Shown here piece after piece: positions 15,995 to 20,000 of a stretch of 20,000 nt of DNA; the first letter of the stretch is position 1; the number at the start of each line of letters is the position of its first letter. The DNA is from an uncultured virus (IMG/VR IMGVR_UViG_3300024303_000041) (taxonomy: Duplodnaviria > Heunggongvirae > Uroviricota > Caudoviricetes): IMG/VR virus record IMGVR_UViG_3300024303_000041. One strand, given 5' to 3'. A model generated the notes under the pieces. It made no database searches and was not told the origin of the DNA. It saw only the letters and a program-made list of their open reading frames with translations. The translations under genes and the position numbers were made by a program.

Positions 15995-17350
15995 TACTAA
16001 TATTCTTAATAATAACCATCATTGCAATAACTGCAATAATAGAATATAACATAAAACTATATCTCATGATCATACTAATAATAACAATAATATTCTGGAA
16101 GCTATTATATTTTACCATATAATAGCTATTGCTTTTTTTAACAACCAACAATATAACAATGTTAAGTATACCACCAGAATAAAACACCCAAACCACAATA
16201 AAATATAACACATCAAATAAAATACAACCCTCAAAATATACCAGATTCAAGCGCCGCAGCCATCACAGGCATAAAAATAATTTAAGTGAATGTTAAAGAA
16301 GCAGTTATATATTGTAGTATTTTATATAATATTCTTTTATTATTTCTTCATTGCATTAGTTAATATATTATTGCTTCATTACTTCAGCATCATATTATTA
16401 GATTATTATAGTTAATATTCTATTATTTTATTATCTTTTTTTCTTTTTTTTCATTAAATATTCTTTATTAACTCCAATAATAAACACTAAAAAAGACCAT
16501 ATTTAATAAACATATCATAAAAATATTATGTTTATAGAACAAAAACACCACTAAAAAATAATGATTTAAGCGGGTAAATATGAAAAAAACACTTTAAAAT
16601 AGATGAATATTAATAAAAACATCACAAAAAAACGGAAAACCCGCCTGACACACATGCTCGTATGTTTCTTGGGGTTTTCTGTGTTTTATAACATTGTTAT
16701 ATTATTATTATATTTTGTATTGGGAAGTATTGAGAAGTATTGGTATTGTTTGGTGGGTGTTGGTGGTTGGTGAGTTTTTTGGGTTTCGCAGTTTAGAATG
16801 GTTTGTTGGGTTATTGGGGCTTTCTCCGCTAATATAACATTGTTATGTTCCTATTGATACCCTTAACTCCCTTGTATAAGCGACATATTAAAACTATACC
16901 TCTAGGGGTATGCAAAAGTAATACTTTTTCTTATATATATTATTATTAGTTTATTTTTTTTTATTGTTGGGGATACTTATGTATCATATTGTATTTTATT
17001 GTATATATAATTTATTGTAATATTTTTTTTACTTTTTGATTTTTTTAAGAATTTTTTGAAAAATTACTGTTTAATTTTTTTGAAATTTTTTTGAAAATTT
17101 TTCAGTAATTATTATAATATTATTTACACTCTTACGAGGGTGCATGCTGAAACCTTTTTAAAGTAAGATTGTTAAGATGTTTTTTTTTATTGAGAAGGCG
17201 TTTTTACCAATAGTATCAATAGTAGCAATAGGTCTTTTGGCATGCCTAAAAAATATGGTTTGGGTAATCCCTGCTGTTAAGAGTAATATGGGTAGATAAC
17301 ACAAGCAATCATTTTTTTAAAACATAATTCACATCTCACCAGTCTTAGTT

Positions 17351-17581
17351 ATGTCATTGAAAAACTACGGTAAACTTTACGGATTCATAGAATTGATAAA
17401 AGACACTCATCATGATGAAGTGTTTATACGAAAAACAGATACTGTAGTTATACGAAACAACAAATGGCTATACTCTAATAAGGAAATTCAAGAAATAGCT
17501 TATGAATTGGGTTTAAGACCATGCAGATGTAAAGTTAATTACAAATTCACAGTAGTAAAGGAGGAATTATATGGAATTTAA
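17351..17581 (+). CDS. Viral hypothetical protein, 76 aa, first gene of the late/packaging operon
   Basis: ORF track; overlaps the next gene. Confidence 0.65.
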   Translation: MSLKNYGKLYGFIELIKDTHHDEVFIRKTDTVVIRNNKWLYSNKEIQEIAYELGLRPCRCKVNYKFTVVKEELYGI

Positions 17582-17765
17582 CAACAAAACAATTTTAATA
17601 ATCGGATTAATAGCCGGAGGAATATGTAGTTTATTCTTAAATCAGGAGAACATCGCTTCTGCAATTTTCGGAGGACTCGTAGGATACCTCAGTAAAGACA
17701 AAATTGAAGCTTACATTGAATCAAAACAACCTGATGATGAGGTTTATGATGATGAGGAAATCTAA
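17571..17765 (+). CDS. Small 2-TM membrane protein, holin-like, 64 aa
   Basis: Two hydrophobic segments and an acidic tail; AAGGAGG RBS. Confidence 0.65.
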   Translation: MEFNNKTILIIGLIAGGICSLFLNQENIASAIFGGLVGYLSKDKIEAYIESKQPDDEVYDDEEI

Positions 17766-17798
17766 AACCAGCCAAAATATTCATTGCTGGTGATAAAA

Positions 17799-18149
17799 AT
17801 GGTTGAAGAACATGTATGTTTGCATGAAAAACAGTTACAGGAACACAGTGTTACTATCGGCAAATTAGATGCTGAGATGGAGTATAAAAAAGAGAAGTTA
17901 GATGATTTAAAGGAAGATAATCGGAGAATGGAAAAGAAAATTGATAAGTTAAGCACGGATATTAATGATTTTATTAATGAATCTGACTCGAAAGACTATG
18001 CTTTGAATGAACGTTTAATTAAAATCGAAACAAGACAAGAAGTGCAAGATGAAGCGACAAAGAAGAATCGTGATGACTTCAAATTATGGTTATCCATAAT
18101 ATCAATTGTATTCATAGCATTAACATTCTATTTCAATTTTATGAGGTGA
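17799..18149 (+). CDS. Coiled-coil protein with a C-terminal TM anchor (XhlA/holin-like architecture), 116 aa
   Basis: ORF track 17784-18149; ATG at 17799 follows a GGTGA RBS; C-terminus LWLSIISIVFIALTFYF. Confidence 0.7.
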   Translation: MVEEHVCLHEKQLQEHSVTIGKLDAEMEYKKEKLDDLKEDNRRMEKKIDKLSTDINDFINESDSKDYALNERLIKIETRQEVQDEATKKNRDDFKLWLSIISIVFIALTFYFNFMR

Positions 18150-18156
18150 ACAAAAT

Positions 18157-18585
18157 ATGACAGAACATAATCCCATATTACTCAAAGGTAAGCAAGGGGA
18201 ACTCTTGATTGAGAAGATTTGTGATGATGCTAGAAGATGTTTACCAATAGAATCATGTTTTGTTAAAAACGGTATCAAATTAGATACTTATCGTAGGTGG
18301 CTTAGATGGTATCGTGAAGAGGTTGAAGAGGAGTTAGATGATACTCCGATAATTAACTTGTTTTCAAAAGTTTATCAAGCTGAAAGAGAATCCGAAGCAG
18401 TAATACTTGACATTGAAGTAGATCATGCTTTGAATGGTAGTCTGAAAGCAACTCAACATTTACTGGATAACAGGTTTGGTTATGGTAAGAAGAAATCTGA
18501 AGTAGAATTGAATGTTAAAGAGGATACTCCTATTAAATTTGAAATTGTTGATATGAAACCTTTGGATAATGATGTAGATGAGTAA
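18157..18585 (+). CDS. terS: Terminase small subunit
   Basis: N-terminal HTH (GIKLDTYRRW), A.QHLL..RFGY motif, and position immediately upstream of and overlapping TerL. Confidence 0.8.
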   Translation: MTEHNPILLKGKQGELLIEKICDDARRCLPIESCFVKNGIKLDTYRRWLRWYREEVEEELDDTPIINLFSKVYQAERESEAVILDIEVDHALNGSLKATQHLLDNRFGYGKKKSEVELNVKEDTPIKFEIVDMKPLDNDVDE

Positions 18586-19915
18586 TGTTGCGACTATTGA
18601 GATGACTCCAACACAGCAACGTTGGATTAATGATAGAACACGTGAATTGTTAGTAGAAGGCAGTGCAGGTAGCGGTAAAACTATCTTTGCTTGTTTGAAA
18701 GTCATTAAATACGGTTTGGAAAATAAAAATGCCTCTATTTACATTTATCGTAAAACATTACCGTCATTGAAACGTACATCATGGAAAGAAATCCGTAATA
18801 TTTTGAATAATTATCATATTCCTTTTGATGAGAATAAATCAGAAGGGAAGATTACTTTAACTCAAACTGGCTCTATAATGTATTTTGGTGCCTTGGACGA
18901 GCTGTCTAAGGTGAGATCTATCAATGCAGACCAAATATACATTGAGCAGTGCGAGGAATTAGTTGATACTGAGTTCTACACTGAGTTAATGCTTCGTTTA
19001 GGAAGGGGAGAAGCTTCTAAAGCAAAAGGCGGATATTCCCAAATGCTAATCGTAGTACAACCTGAAGATGAAGAACATTGGATTTATCAACGTTACCATG
19101 AGTACAAAGATGCAACAACAAAATACGAAAGACAACGTAAGGAAGCATTGGCTGAGAACAAACCTTACAAGTCTTATGATGAAATTTTAGCAGGTATTCA
19201 AGCTCGTCGTAAAAAAGCTCACTTCCATTACAGTGAGAACTTAAAACTACCTAAATTCCAAAGGGATTATTACGATGACTTAAAATATGAAGATTACGAA
19301 TTATGGCTCCGTTATAGTGCGGGGCAATGGGGAAAACTCTCCAATATTATTTATCACAATTATGATACAGTATTTCCTAAAAATCCTCATTATGAATTAA
19401 TAAGCTTTGGTGCAGATTTTGGTTTTAACAATCCTAGTGCATTCTTATTACTCGGTTGGAATGATACAGAATGCTATGTTATAGATGAAGTATACGAACG
19501 AAAATTAACTAATAACCAATTAATTGAAAAGTGTACAGACATGTTATCCCAAAATCAATTACTACCCAGTCAATTAGACACGGGGTATGGTGATGCAGCA
19601 GAACCTGACCGTATACAAGAATTTAACGATGCAGGATTCCCAATGGATAAAGGAATCAAAGATGTGAATGCTAAAATCACCACTACAAAGCAAACAAAGA
19701 TACATATCCACCCTCGTTGTGTTAATACGATTAAAGAGATTAAAGGTTATGTTTACAAGAAAAATAACGAAGGAATAGTTACTGACGAACCGGCGAAATT
19801 CAACGACCACGCTATGGACGCATTAGGTTATGGTGTCTACGGGGTTCGTGGTGCTTTATCCCCAAACAAACCATATAACGAAGATTATTACGAAGATAAC
19901 ATTATGGTGTTTTAA
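18578..19915 (+). CDS. terL: Terminase large subunit, PBSX/SPP1-like family
   Basis: Walker A VEGSAGSGKT; RNase H-like nuclease motifs GADFGFNNP, GDAAEPDRI and NDHAMDALGY. Confidence 0.95.
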   Translation: MSNVATIEMTPTQQRWINDRTRELLVEGSAGSGKTIFACLKVIKYGLENKNASIYIYRKTLPSLKRTSWKEIRNILNNYHIPFDENKSEGKITLTQTGSIMYFGALDELSKVRSINADQIYIEQCEELVDTEFYTELMLRLGRGEASKAKGGYSQMLIVVQPEDEEHWIYQRYHEYKDATTKYERQRKEALAENKPYKSYDEILAGIQARRKKAHFHYSENLKLPKFQRDYYDDLKYEDYELWLRYSAGQWGKLSNIIYHNYDTVFPKNPHYELISFGADFGFNNPSAFLLLGWNDTECYVIDEVYERKLTNNQLIEKCTDMLSQNQLLPSQLDTGYGDAAEPDRIQEFNDAGFPMDKGIKDVNAKITTTKQTKIHIHPRCVNTIKEIKGYVYKKNNEGIVTDEPAKFNDHAMDALGYGVYGVRGALSPNKPYNEDYYEDNIMVF

Positions 19916-20000
19916 ATGGCTGAATGGAATATTTTTAAAAGAGTCTTGAAAAATCGAAGATTGGATAATGCAGAACAATCAGCAATCCATGAAATCGGTC
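19916..20000 (+). CDS. Start of probable portal protein (runs off the window)
   Basis: ATG directly after the TerL stop, open to the window end (MAEWNIFKRVLKNRRLDNAEQSAIHEIG). Identity is from synteny only. Confidence 0.5.
   Translation, partial: MAEWNIFKRVLKNRRLDNAEQSAIHEIG

Noticed and set aside
17135..17320. Structured RNA ahead of the late operon
   Set aside because: Only short (5-7 bp) wobble-rich pairings were found, which is not enough to call.
1..20000. tRNA or rRNA genes
   Set aside because: No cloverleaf with T-loop GTTCRA, and no rRNA-like sequence, recognised on either strand.

Overview
A very AT-rich window that reads as part of a tailed dsDNA virus or provirus genome. The host is most likely a Methanobacteriales archaeon, inferred from TTTATATA TATA boxes with a BRE, GGAGG/GGTGA ribosome-binding sites, a leaderless gene and many ribbon-helix-helix (RHH) proteins. 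The viral part (about 1-5707 and 15752-20000) holds an RHH gene, small membrane peptides, an NPPY-type DNA methyltransferase split by a G8 tract, early-type hypothetical genes, three short-motif repeat arrays and several structured non-coding segments. It ends with the start of the packaging operon (holin-like genes, TerS, PBSX-type TerL, probable portal). Embedded about 2.4 kb upstream of TerS is a complete 8,872-bp plasmid-like replicon, bounded by a 1,172-bp direct repeat (5708-6879 and 14580-15751; one mismatch seen). It encodes a 715-aa DUF927/Cch-like ATPase (putative replicative helicase), 5-6 RHH proteins, a Cys-rich protein and a coiled-coil protein. It also carries an iteron-like origin, a centromere-like motif array and an apparent antisense-RNA switch in front of the helicase gene. 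No integrase, relaxase or ParA is recognisable. The duplicated segment comprises the helicase 3' end, the origin and the start of the next gene. This points to a virus-plasmid cointegrate formed by homologous recombination, although an assembly chimera cannot be excluded. All family assignments come from motif recognition by eye, not from database searches.
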